Assembly: GCF_024521635.1 (NCBI RefSeq)
Contig: NW_026250411.1
Location: forward strand, 1,054,001 to 1,118,000
Source of the DNA: Tricharina praecox
Lineage: Eukaryota
Direction: 5' to 3'
Length of the DNA: 64,000 nt
The position numbers were made by a program, and so were the translations under genes. Below, piece by piece: positions 41,111 through 53,097 of the stretch. The notes under the pieces are model-generated. The model searched no databases. It was not told the DNA's origin and saw nothing but the letters and a program-made list of their open reading frames with translations. Every line of letters starts with the position of its first letter. Within the stretch, counting starts at the first letter, position 1.

Positions 41111-42640
41111 CGAACAGTGCAGAGCATCTCGTGAATATACTTGTTATAATTTTCTTGATACCAGGGCTTTGGGGGGAGGGTGGTGGTAGTCGAATGTGTG
41201 TCTGAATTTTGCTTGCTGCATGGGTGGTTTGTGTGCCGGCGTTCTTTGCGACGATACCTGCGTACGTACATTTACGGAGTCAGTCGTTGGTGGGGGACTG
41301 GTAGGATGGCGGGGGTTGGGGGGGGCTTGTGTTGTTGAGGTGTACGGTTTCATGGGATGTGGGATTTGTCTCGATATTTTTTTCCGGAACAATATGGGAG
41401 TTTGTGTTTTGTCTGGGTTTGTTGGGATCCGCTTTCTTCTTTCTTCTTCTTTGCTTTTCCTTTTTTCTTCTTCTCTGTCGGGCTTATTCTCGGGGAATGC
41501 TTTTTCATCGATCGAGAGCAAGAGCAAGTGGATTCTTATACTCTATGTTTGTCTGTGTGGGCGTGTGTGGGCGTGTGTCTCTATGTGTGTGTGTGCGTGT
41601 GGGAATGAACGTGTCTCTTTTTGTTATCTACCAATCTGCTGAGTGGGAACTGTTTTTTTCTCTTTCATTTCTTTGTTTCTCTTCTCTAATGAATATGACG
41701 AGTACCTGGGTTGTATCTTATGATTGATGATGGTCTACGATGGGAATCAAAAAGGAATGGCGTTTTCGTTTATTAGGTCATTAGGTAGGGGATTCCTTGA
41801 TCTGGAGGTGCAGTGTGATATCGTGTGATATCGTGTGATTAGCTGAGAAAGTAACAGGCTGGGGGAGTAACAGTCTGGATGGGAGGACCGGTCAAGTCAG
41901 CTGAATTCGACCGAGATCTGTGAGCGTATCTGGCTGGGGGTAGAGGTTAGTGGGGTAGAGGTGAGTGGGTGGATTCTTATCATAGGTAACTGCATCGGAG
42001 GCGGTGTGTACCACGGGGCGTGCAGTTACAGACTTACAGTCAATACTCTCCTCTACTCTACGATGATAGGTAGCAGGAAGACAGACTGGACTGGACTGGT
42101 AGTCTGTCACTACATACATGCCGTTCTGGAACCAGCGACGGTATTCGAGAAGCTGCGATTAGATGGGTAGCGTAGACAACTTGCCGTGGCCTGTGGGGAA
42201 TTCCAGTCTGTTGCTGTTGAGACACTGCGATGCTCTTACAGGTTGGTACAGGTACAGGTACGGTATCAGTAGCAGGAGCAGGTGGGTTCATGGATTATCA
42301 CTCACACTGCATACCTTCATCAACGCCGAACGCTACTAGGTAATAGAGCCATGCTTCCCCTTAAGTCGTTGGACAGCAGCGTGGATACGGAGTGAGTGTG
42401 TGTGTGTATATTGCCATGATCTATCCAGGCCGGACGCAATCAATTCTCAAACAAACAAACAATAAACAAAAGGCAAAGCCTCCCCACTGCGACGTCGCCA
42501 CAGGTTCGTGGGGATTCCGCGCAGCGGACGATAGCAACGGAGCTGCATGGGCGGCTATTTTCGATTCCGCACATATACCGTAGTTGTTACAAGGGTCCAC
42601 AACCCCCCTCGCCTTGCCGTCGCCACCCCATCCTGCCGCC

Positions 42641-43337
42641 ATGTCCCGCGTACAGCCCGTAGCGACCGTCGCGCTGACAGCGCACACGGCTTGCGCACAG
42701 CGGCTCGCTATGCACCTTTCCTTGCACAACATCCGGGTGATAACCGCGAGCACAGCAAGCACATCATCATCTGCGCTCGCCGACATGGCCAGCGGCGTAC
42801 CGATCCAGACGCTCAGCTCGACAGTCGACCTCCTCAACACGGCGGACGTGGTCCTCTCGCTGGCCGAGGACCCGCTGCACGCCGCGAACGAGATCGTCTA
42901 CTCCGCTACGTACGCGGCGAATCGTGGCGTGTTCTATGTTGACCTTTCGCCGACGACGCCCGAGGTGGCGAGGAGGATTGCGGATGTTTTTGGAGGCGTG
43001 GCACTGGCCGGCGTGCCGAGGTATTTGGATGGTGCGGTGGTGGAAGAGGTGGGGGGGGGGGGAGGAGGGGGCGTGGAAGGTCTGGGTTAGTGGGCCTGGC
43101 GCGGAGGCGTTGAATGCGCATGTGGCTAGGGCGCTGAATGTTAGGGCTGTGGGTGACGGGGTGGGCATGGCGAGTGCGGTCAGGGAGGCGATGGAGGTGG
43201 CGAGAGAGGGGATACGCCGTGGGTTGGAGGGGGCGGAGAAGGAGGGGGATGCGGTGCGCAGGGTGGTGGTTGAGGAGTTGCGTATGATGGTCGCTGCAGA
43301 GGAGCGGATCGATATGGAGGATTTTATTATGGAGTAG
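42641..43337 (+). pseudogene. Divergent 6-phosphogluconate/3-hydroxyisobutyrate dehydrogenase-like (Rossmann-fold) gene, frameshifted at a G12 run (pseudogene or assembly error)
   Basis: ADVVLS, FYVDLSPTTPEVARRIADVF and YLDG lie in one frame; VSGPG..LNVRAVGDGVGMASAVR lies in the +1 frame. Removing one G from 43051-43062 joins them. Confidence 0.6.
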
Positions 43338-43780
43338 ACGTACATGAGAGCAATGGCGGGTTTGTTGGTGACCTCCACTCGCTCGGATCCGAGTGATGCC
43401 GTGTGGGTGGGTGCGTGGGCATCGTGACGTTTCTGTTCCAACGAGTGAAGCCTTCCGCCTATTGTTAAACTGCCCCGACAACAACAAAACATTCTTGGGG
43501 ACCAAATTGGCTTAGTAAGGAGTGAAGGCCGTTGTAGTCGTAGGAGCGGAGGAACAATAGGGGGATGTGAATTGCGGTGGGGAGGGAGCAGGACGGTGGG
43601 ACCAGCTAGGTCCGAACTTTGGTCCATGGTTATACTCTTTGAGGTGACACGACCTTCCTCTTCTCCCTCCGATCATCCATCCTCAATAACATCCTCGATC
43701 ATTGTTCCTTCTTCTCACCTCGCTACATATCATCAACTTATCTATCCTATCATCTTCTTATATCCCTCTCAGCCACGACG

Positions 43781-44822
43781 ATGCCAGAGCTGTCCCTCCA
43801 GAATCCACCCCCCGCCCTGACCGGCCCTGTGGTCCAAGTATGGGCACACCGTCGCAGCCCATCCGGGCTTTCCGCCGAAGAAGCTGACCAAAACCGGCAC
43901 TTCCAACCCCCCGGGTTCCGGCCAGACATGCACCCATCGGATCTCTTCGATCTCCGCTACAACCGGGGCTGCATCCCGGGCCACAACACGTATCCTGGGT
44001 TCCGTTTTGTGGGCAAGCTCGATCCGAACCAGATGCTCCTTTTTGTCGCCGGCGATACTAATCCCGAGGGCGACCGCACCGGCTCCGCCGTCGTCTTCAA
44101 CAGCATCTTCCGCGAGCCCCCGACCAAGTTCTCGTCTCCGGACATTACCAAGGCGGATCATGACGTGCTTGTGCAGCGGGCAGTGCTCCGCGCCGCCACC
44201 AAGGCGCTAGGTATGGTCCGCTGGGGCGGAGAGGGCTTCCACAGCGTCGTCATAGCCACTGATAACGAGTACATCGTCAAGAGCATCTACGAGCGGATGC
44301 CGGTGTGGCAGACGGACGGCTTCAAAGACGAGAACGGCGTCAATATCGAGAACAAGCACTTTTGGAAAAGGCTGCTGCGCGGAATGAGGAAACAGGAGGA
44401 GCTCGGTGTTCAGGTCCAGTATTGGTTGATTCCAAAGGAGTGGAACGAAGCGGTCCTGTATGCCGGGAGGGCAATCGTGAGTACTCACTCTTCTATATCT
44501 CATGCCGCTCTTGAAGTTGTACTAACTAGCCCCGTTCCGGTACGAATAGAATGCAGAACTTGACTCCGAGTGGGCGAGTTCGCCCGTTAATACAACTGAG
44601 CCGGAACGCGTGATAGTGACGGAATCCGAGACGGAGCCGGAATCCGAGGCAGAGCTCGTGGAAGCCGAGACAGAGCCGGAATCCGAGGCAGAGCTCGTGG
44701 AAGCCGAGACAGGGCCGGAATCTGAGGCAGAGCTCATGGAGCTCGAGCCAGAGCCCATGGCCGTTGAGCTCGCAGATTTGCCCATCGCCGAGGAATCCGC
44801 CGATATTTGGGTTGTTATGTGA
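43781..44822 (+). CDS. RNase H-like domain protein (probably catalytically inactive) with acidic repeat tail
   Basis: Exons 43781-44476 and 44550-44822 (intron GTGAGT..CTAAC..TAG). Fungal RNase H-like signature W.GEGF..VVIATD.EY, W...G.K...G..IENK.FW..LL, VQYWLIPKEWN. Tail has 3x 13-aa ETEPESEAELVEA. Confidence 0.8.
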
Positions 44823-46050
44823 TGGAGCGCTATTATGCTAGGTACGCACGGTTGGTCAATGGGGACTTGTGACGGGATGGAGGATTGTGAGAGGAGTCGG
44901 AGTGGGAAAGAATGGGTGTCTGCATGTGTGATGGGACCGAATTTGTGCCGCTATTGTCTGTGTATTTGATTGTCTCTGGAGTCTGTTGATGTCACCATTC
45001 TTGGTGTCTTTATTTCTGAAGGGCTGTGTAGGCATAGGTTGCCGATGTCCAACAAATGTATAATGTATGATTCATCGTGCCTTTTCTCGTGTACGGGATA
45101 TAATATGTTTGCCTTGTCGTGAGTAATTGTTACATGCTTTCGTCTGGTGCACTCGCGCCACTTCCTCGTCAGAGCTCCAAGTCCTCGCTGGCAGGGCAGT
45201 AACGATTTTTTGCTCCCAGTGGCACACATGGGATGTCACTCGGTAACCGAGTGGGATGCCGTGAATATAACTTATCTAGCGCCTCATGGGATGTGTATTA
45301 GGGGCCATGATCTACTCTATGTAGATATGTAGGACTTTCGTCCGATGCACCCGTGACCAGCACCACTTCCCTGCTATATAGAGCTCCACGTCCTCGCTGC
45401 CTTGCCAATAGTTCTGTTCATGAGGGATGCACTGCGATTTCGCTGTAGCTGATCGATCCCACCGAACCAAATCTACCGAACGTACACAACATCCGCTTCC
45501 CTGAAAGTTGTTTTACCAATTGAGACCGTGAGGCATCGTTGCGGGGCAGAATGACGATCGGATGCGGGTGGCCGCGGCCGTGGATAGACGTTTGTATGTA
45601 CATCTTACCTATTCCCCCCGTGATTTACTAGCAACATCGCATGGCATTTTCTTGGGCAATCGATCTGAGGACCGTAGATATAATGTAGTGGCCATAGTAT
45701 GCACCCGGGCGAGTGTGCTCTTCCGCCGAGTAACTTGCACAGTTGCATTTCTACGGCTGGCTGCTCGAAGTCGTAACGGATGATTCCCACGTCTCACGGC
45801 ACCGCTTATGTGCGAGCACAAAAGTCAGACCAGACCAGCGCCGCGGGATCGTATTCAAGTTTCAAACATCGGACGGAATGTCGCTTGTCACTCTTGAGTG
45901 GAGGCTACAAAAATCGGTACTCCGTGAGGCATCACTGCTGTTAGAATATCGTTCCAAAAGCGAACTACAAACGCTCTCCGGCCTTCAACCTTTTCTAACC
46001 TTCTAGTCGGTGGTATCGTACACTCGCAGCTTTACTTTCCGCCTAGGTAC

Positions 46051-46725
46051 CTAGCTCTGCCCACCTCCACAGGCTTCCGAGGCGTATCGAACCCAGTCCT
46101 GTACCTCGGCTACCCCGGCGTGATGTAAGGTAGAGAGATTTACGGAGGAAGTCGATACCGTGGAGCTTATGGAATACATCTGGGCCGAATATGTGCGAAC
46201 CCTCACTGAGTGACTGAGCTTGGATTTCGGGCCCAGAGGAGTGCGACTAGACCGCAAGTCCCGTCGGTACCAGAAAGAAATGTAGCTCGTGGCCAAGGCG
46301 AGCTTGCCATTCACATACCTAGTTGATGCCAACTGACGTCCAGCCCATCCAATGGTGTTCCACCGTATATAGAAAAATCGTTCGTCGGGCGTCGCGAGCT
46401 TCTGGAAGAAATGGCGGATGTATAGTAGTTTTCCATTCCTTGGTCGAACCCGAGTCTTGAGATTCCGTGCTGCACTACCAGGGCAGCGGAAGCTGGCAGG
46501 ATTTTGCGGCCAGTGCATGGATACCTCGGTAGGCTCCGTCGTCGGCTCGCCGCTCCCCACGTCTTTTTCGTCGATTCCGATTTCGCCGGATGGTGAGTCT
46601 CGACTCCAGCTCGATAGCGTAAACGAGTCAGCCGTGCGGTGTTTGTATTGGGGTGAAAAGATAATGGTTTGTCTAGCCCGCGGGTCAACAATGAACTTGT
46701 CCATATTCGCAAAAATCTCCTTCAC
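46051..46725 (-). other. Unassigned 224-codon ORF, possibly part of a decayed gene
   Basis: Longest ORF in a gene-poor stretch; splice-like signals at ~47140-46990 upstream; no recognisable motif. Confidence 0.2.
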
Positions 46726-48282
46726 AGAGGATCACTCACCAACGAAAATCATCACCACGAAAAACATGGATGAAACCACTTCGACTATTTCTAACGTCGA
46801 GTCTTTTCATGGGTGCATCGGTTGCTGTTCCTGTCATAATTCGTAGGTGTATGTAGAGCAATCATAGGTAATCAACAACGATGCTGATTTGGAGATGCCT
46901 TGAGGTTGAACTTTGAAATTCTCATTTACCGTCCCAAGTTGTAGTGGCGTGCATATATGAGCGACGCGGTATGATCATCCCCCAGCTTACCCTTCGTCCA
47001 GGTTCTTCGGATTCCCTTCGGATTCCTTCGGTACGGGCGATCTTCTATACGGATATAAATCGGATACCATAGGCGGCCCTCATTCCGTTGCCATAGGTAG
47101 GACGAATTCAGGCACGCAGTTCGCCTCTATTTTGAGTTAGCCCTCTAGAATACCAAGTGTCAGTTCTGTCGATGGTGTGTGGAATGTCAAGAAATGAGAG
47201 TAGCGAGATTCGAGAATGTGGCGGGAGGGAATTTGGCGGCGCAGACAAGTGGGGAGGAGCAGCCAATTGCATTGGAAGACCGAGACCGTAAGAGAGAGCC
47301 AGGGGTGAGTGAGTATCACCAGCAGACTCGATGGTGGTCTTAGTCAGAAGTGCACAGAGCTGGCGGCTGGAGGGGGTGTAATGGATGCGGTCTCTGCGGT
47401 GTCAATGCGACAAGACTTTCTCCTATCTCCCGGAACCTAGACAGCTGTCGTTGACGCTGACATCTGACGTTGACTCCATATTGGGTTAGATCGCCGGTGT
47501 CAACGGACCGAGTGACAGTTCAATGCGTGACATCCGTGTTGTTGCACCTCCATCCTGCCCGAAAGATGGATTCATGGCAGGCTGTACCTGAGTTGGCCCT
47601 CGCAGCCTTTCTGTCTTTCTGCTGTCATGTTGTTCTGTGGTATCCAAATATAGACAGCAGCCTTCCGTGACGACAGTGATGAATTATGTTTTCGCTGGAT
47701 GGCGAAGGTGTCGAGCCATATGTTGAGATATTTATTTCACTTCCGATCCTCAAGAAGAGGGTGGCTCTGATGGTCACGGAACACAAATTCCTCCAACCGC
47801 TTTGACCGGATCTATAACTGCTTGCTTCATCCTCATCATCGATGCCTCGTATCGTACATCCGATCACTCGTCTTTCCTCGATGCTAGACTTCTGTGTCAT
47901 GCAAAACATCGTGGAGATGGAGGGGAGGTGACCGGAGAGGAAGACGAGAGCTTCTGATACTCTTCTCTTCGTTTCTCCCTTTGTTTACTTCGACCGAGTA
48001 CCTTTGTAGAGAGCGGGAGCAGCGGGATGCCACGGCGGGTTACCACGATGCTGTTTCGGGGATCAGGGAGGACTATAAACAAGGAAGCGGGGTGTGTATT
48101 CATGCAGTTGTGAGTCTCATGGGCCAGATGTTGAAATGACGAAACGATCAAAACAAACCATCCGTGAATCAGCCATGACGTCTCTCTGTAGCTTTGCGTT
48201 TATTTTCATCGTTCGTGTAGTCTGAATTCAGCGAACCCGGCCTTACCGTAGGCCAAATCGACGGATCCAAGCCTGCCTTCAG

Positions 48283-48290
48283 TATATAAA
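48283..48290 (+). promoter_or_regulatory. Putative TATA box (TATATAAA) of the small secreted gene
   Basis: Consensus TATA followed by a CT-rich leader, ~175 nt before the ATG at 48461. Confidence 0.55.
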
Positions 48291-48460
48291 CACCCGGGAA
48301 TTCCCCCCTCCTCCTTCGTCCTTCTCATCCACCATCCTTCTTCCTTTCGACCCGACACAATCTCTCCTCCCTCACATCAACTCATCAAGCACAAATTAGT
48401 TCGTCTCCTACACTCCATATAAATCTTTCTCATAACTAACTTGCGTTGCATCCATCAGTC

Positions 48461-48974
48461 ATGCATTTCATCAACATTCTCGCCGTCTTCCTCTCAGCCA
48501 CCGTCCTCAAGGCCGGCGCCGCTCCCGTCATCGAAGACACGGCCGCCCTCGAGGCCGCTTTCGCCGCGCCCAACGCCAACATCACCGAGCTCCTCTGTAT
48601 CCACGGCCACACCGTCCTTGCCGGTGTCCCTCTCCCGACCAGCGCCTACGACAAAGTCTTCTCTGCTGGCAGCGTCGAGTGCAAGACCTCGTGGACGTCT
48701 CCGACCTACACCGAAATCGTCGCCGCGTAGGAGGAGCTCTTGAAGGGGGGACACCTGCTACCAGGGCAACATCAGCAGATCCATGTGCACGCAGCTCACC
48801 AAGTACAAGGGCGGCCAGATCGGTCTCTGCGACCAGTACCTCGCGTCCGTCGATTGCGAGTTTGTCCACTGGTCCGTCTTGCAGATCCGCGAGCTCTGCG
48901 GAATTCTCGAGCTCGGAAATAGGGCGGGTGGAAAGTGGAAGTTCAATCAATACATTACTACGATTGTGTACTGA
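48461..48974 (+). pseudogene. Small secreted cysteine-rich protein gene with an in-frame TAG (48728-48730) and a +1 frameshift at G6 (48745-48750)
   Basis: Signal peptide MHFINILAVFLSATVLKAGA|AP. Repaired reading: ...VECKTSWTSPTYTEIVAA*EELLKGDTCYQGNISRSMCTQLTKYKGGQIGLCDQYLASVDCEFVHWSVLQIRELCGILELGNRAGGKWKFNQYITTIVY. Consistent C-ending codon bias on both sides. Confidence 0.75.
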
Positions 48975-50957
48975 TGGCTGGATGGGGTGACGGTGATAGG
49001 AGATTCGTAAATTTAGTGTTCGCTTTCTCCAGGAACATATGAATAGTAGCGGGCTCGAAATGGAAACATGATTATTTGTTGGTTTCAATAGTAGATGCAC
49101 CCAAAAAGTGAGTGTGACAACGTGAATATCCGAATGGTGATGAGCAAAAACATCCTCGTCTCCCACCAAGTACTATTACCGTGTCTTGCAAACCTGCCAC
49201 AATCAATCTCCGTCTCTTCCTACCTTGATATCCGTAAGCAGAGACACTTGGACTCGCGGATAGGAAACATGCCTGGGTCCAAATGCACACCGACCTCCGA
49301 CGGTATGTATGCACCAAGACCCTCGAAGCACATGAAGCACTCGAAGTACATAAAGCACTCGAAGCCCACGCGATCCGTCGTAATTCCTGCCAAATCTCCG
49401 CACGGCACCGAGTTACATACCTACATAGAGTAGAGCAGAGGATAGTAGAGCACTATCGTCATGCTTCTTCTATTCCCGTTCCTGCTCGTAGGTATGTATA
49501 ATTGCAACCATACCTACAATTGCAGCCTCCAATCCTCCAATACAGACACCACACCACATCACAAATTACAATGTTCCAGCCATGGCCCTTGAGCTCTATT
49601 GAAGCCTTGAAGATATGCATAGCTTGGAATCGCAGATGTCACAGGTGTCCGTCGAGCCTTCCGCGCTTAAGGTCACTGAAATAGACACCACCGCTACGAA
49701 TAGGACTGCCTGCACACCTCCCGCGCAGCAATCGAGATTATATGGCTGGATCTCCAGAGTCCAGATGGTATCTGTAAACGCAGGGGGGAATTGCAGTACT
49801 AGTGTATCCAAAAGCAGAGACGGAATCTAGCCAGCCTTCACGGATAGAGTTGAGCAGCAGCAGTAGTAATAGCAATAGCAATAGCAGTAGTAGTAGGTAG
49901 GGTTTTATACTCCATTCAAGGAGAGAGAGGATGTACGGTTCGTGCAATGGGCATGGCGGATCACTCGGTGCTTGGCATCCTCGGAAAGGGTTCATCCGAT
50001 CCCCCCGGGCCGTCGAGCACCGGCATACTTTGCTAGGCTAGTTCCGCCGCCGCTTCCTTCCACTTGTTTACTAGGCCAACAGACGGAGTTATCTCCGAGC
50101 GGGAGGTGGTGGAGGCGTACCTACGCTGGGGAGCCCGGGGCTGCTAGTACTGCCGATTCCTTGCATGACGTCCCGTGAGCGCTGTGCTGTGGTGGGGTAG
50201 GTAACGGGGAGTCATAGGTAATTAGGTGGGGCACCATAACCCCCCCGCACTTTGGCCAATCAGGACCGAGATTCGATAGTGCTTGGAATGAACCACTCAT
50301 ATGCACTATCCCCACGTCTACCGCCCGAAGTCTGACGGAGTTGATGAGACGGAGAGGCCTCGGTCTCCCGCTCGTGGTTTCAACTTTCCCATCTACCGGT
50401 AGGCGGTAGCATACCCGTACTTAGCTCGGGAAGAGACCACTGTCCCCTCCACCCTGGCCGCCCGCCCTCGGGAGTTTGACCTCACTCCTCGCTCCCTTTG
50501 TCTAAACTCGCTCCCGCTCCCGCTCCTGCCCAAGTTCCCGCTGAAGAATCCGAAACATCCTTCGGCAGCCCAAGCACTAGCTACCGGTAACTACTCTAAC
50601 GGGCCTAAAGTATGCACCTACTCCACCTGCATATAACTCTACCTCCTACTTGGACTTCTTGGGTGCAACGAGTCATACCTAGCCTCATAGGTATGCCAAC
50701 TACGTGGCGACCTGACCTGGGGATCCCGCACCACCCACAACGACGTTTACCACTGGAAAAGGGTTTGCGCGGCTGCAAAACTTAATCAGGTATTCGTCGG
50801 GCCCGCGACGACGAGACGTCAACGTACTCTACTCCGGCTACGTACGGTGTAGGAATGTGAAACACACAATGCAAATCACGAGTCCGAGCCCGATGTCGGG
50901 CTCGCGATCAAAGTTGAAAGAAATGCCAGCATCCGAGTCCGACAGCGATGCCCCGCC

Positions 50958-51010
50958 TGTCAGTGTCAGTGTCAGTGTCAGTGTCAGTGTCAGTGTCAGT
51001 GTCAGTGTCA
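50958..51010. repeat. (TGTCAG)n hexanucleotide microsatellite, ~9 units
   Basis: Directly visible. Confidence 0.9.
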
Positions 51011-51339
51011 ATGCCGCGACTCGCGAGAAGCTTGAGCTTGCTGGTCCCGCTCTCCTCGGCTCAAGCGTCGCGATGCGATACGGCAGTGGCGCTTATTACC
51101 CTAGATCGTGAGTCATGAAGCGAGATACTAGCAGGGTCACCGGCGATCAAATGGCAGCGGCATCCGTCGACTCCAGGGATAGTTAGGGCCCAAGGGATCG
51201 ACACGCCAACAGCCCCCCGCCGTTCTAAGGATCCGGTGCAGCGGCCTAGAGGTATGGGGACTATACATAGCACCTCTGGCCTCCGGGCACACGGCCAGTC
51301 ACAGAACTCAGTGCTCAGTGCTCACAGTGCCACGGCCCA

Positions 51340-51430
51340 TCACCACTACCAGCAGCACCAGCAGCACCGCCACCAGCACCACCACCAGCAGCGCCACCAG
51401 CAGCACCACCACCAGCACCAGCACCAGCAC
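51340..51430. repeat. Mixed (CAC/CAG)n trinucleotide tract
   Basis: Directly visible; explains the poly-H/Q and poly-W/C spurious ORFs. Confidence 0.85.
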
Positions 51431-53097
51431 CTTGATGGATCATGGCCGAGCTGCATTGAACCCCCCACTCCCCTCCCTCCCGTGTTGACCACGGCGAAAC
51501 AACACTTGAAGTCGCAAGCCTCGAACTTGAGGAGCTCCAGCTCGTGGGGGAACGGCAGTTTTGTAGGTAGAATACGGTTCTTTCGTGTTTGGCTGCAGGC
51601 TGTGCTGCAAAAACCATTCCTTGCTTGATCTCGGTCGTCGCACCGCACCGCACGGAGTCGGTATGTAACCCGTACTCTACATATGACATATGAGGGAATT
51701 GCTGGTATGTGTGGTTGTGGCACCCCCCCTCTCCCCCCCCCCCCCCCCCCTCCCCCCCCCTCGCCCGCGATATGTAAAAGCGGAATGTTGGCGGGAGGAG
51801 ACAGCAATCGTTACGGTAGTCTAGTCAATCGGACGATCAGACAGCCGAACAGAACAGTCAGACCGTCAGACGTGAAAGCGAGCTGTCGTCAGTCAATCGG
51901 ACGTTAGATAGTCGAACAGTCATAGAGTAGAGTCCGTGAAAGCGAGCAGTCATACTTGCCTGCCTGCCTGTCTGCCTGCCTGCCTGGCCCCCGCGCGGCG
52001 CCTGCATCGGGCTGGAAATGCCTATATAGACACCGGCACTCTACTCTACATACTATACATACGACGCAAAGATCAGCCAGTTGTGTACCGGTACTCTACT
52101 GGACGGGCGGTCTCGGGCCGGAGCTGGGGTGGGATAGGACGATACGGTAGGCACATACTAGACTCCAACGGGCGGGGCATTCTGCACATCACATCACAGC
52201 TCAATTCTTGCCAGCTCCCATGAAAAGTGATGAGTTCAGCCATTGACGATTGCTGCTGCCTGGTTTCTTCCGCCGCCGTGTGACGGAACAGCGGAACTGG
52301 AAAGTGAGAAGTGGAAAGTGGAAAGTGGAAAGTGAAATGACTCAGAGCACATGCCAGCCTGCCAACCTGCAGCACGAAAACAGCAGCTGTATGTGGCTGG
52401 GGATTATTGGTATTCGGTGGTGATACATAGTGGTGGTGGTGATAGTATTGGTGGTGATAGTATCGGTGGTGGTGGTGCTCGGTGCTGGTAGCTACCCATG
52501 CACTGCGCAATCGTGGTGTGGGGTAGTTGTCCAGTGTCCACCACACATGAACCAATCAGCTCGAACAGTCGCACAGGAAGGATTGCTGTCGACGTGTCAA
52601 TCAAGATCAAGATCCAACAAAGGGTCCTGCTCTCTCAACCGTTTCTCCTTCTTTGCTGAGGATGGAATTCGGCGGAGGAGGAGGGGGGGTGACGCTTCAG
52701 CATTGCTGCGGGTTAGTGCTAGTTATCCACAGTCGATTGGTCCAGGTCCCCTGTCGGAAGGCGGCGGTCCCAGTGTCCCACACCACACCCTCCGTGCGAT
52801 TGCAACGCGATTGCAACCCAGTCAAGTCAAAAAGGCGGCCGTCCCCACCCCCCCACCATCCTCTCTTCCCTTTCATCAAAACTCCTCTTCACAGCAAGCT
52901 TACTCCATACATCTCGCTCAACATTTACCATACTCATACGACAAAAATCTGCTTGTACACATCGTCAGTGGATCTTAGCTGGATATTCGTACTCCCGGCC
53001 CGAAAAACAAAACTCAGGAACTAGCCTCGCTTGTTCCCGTCAAAATTCTAACTACTCGCTTACCGAACTCTATCGGACGACAGCCAATCACCAAGTC

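Noticed and set aside
47676..47770. GTGATGA...CTGA box C/D snoRNA-like spacing
   Set aside because: Weak terminal stem and no rRNA-complementary guide that I could recognise.
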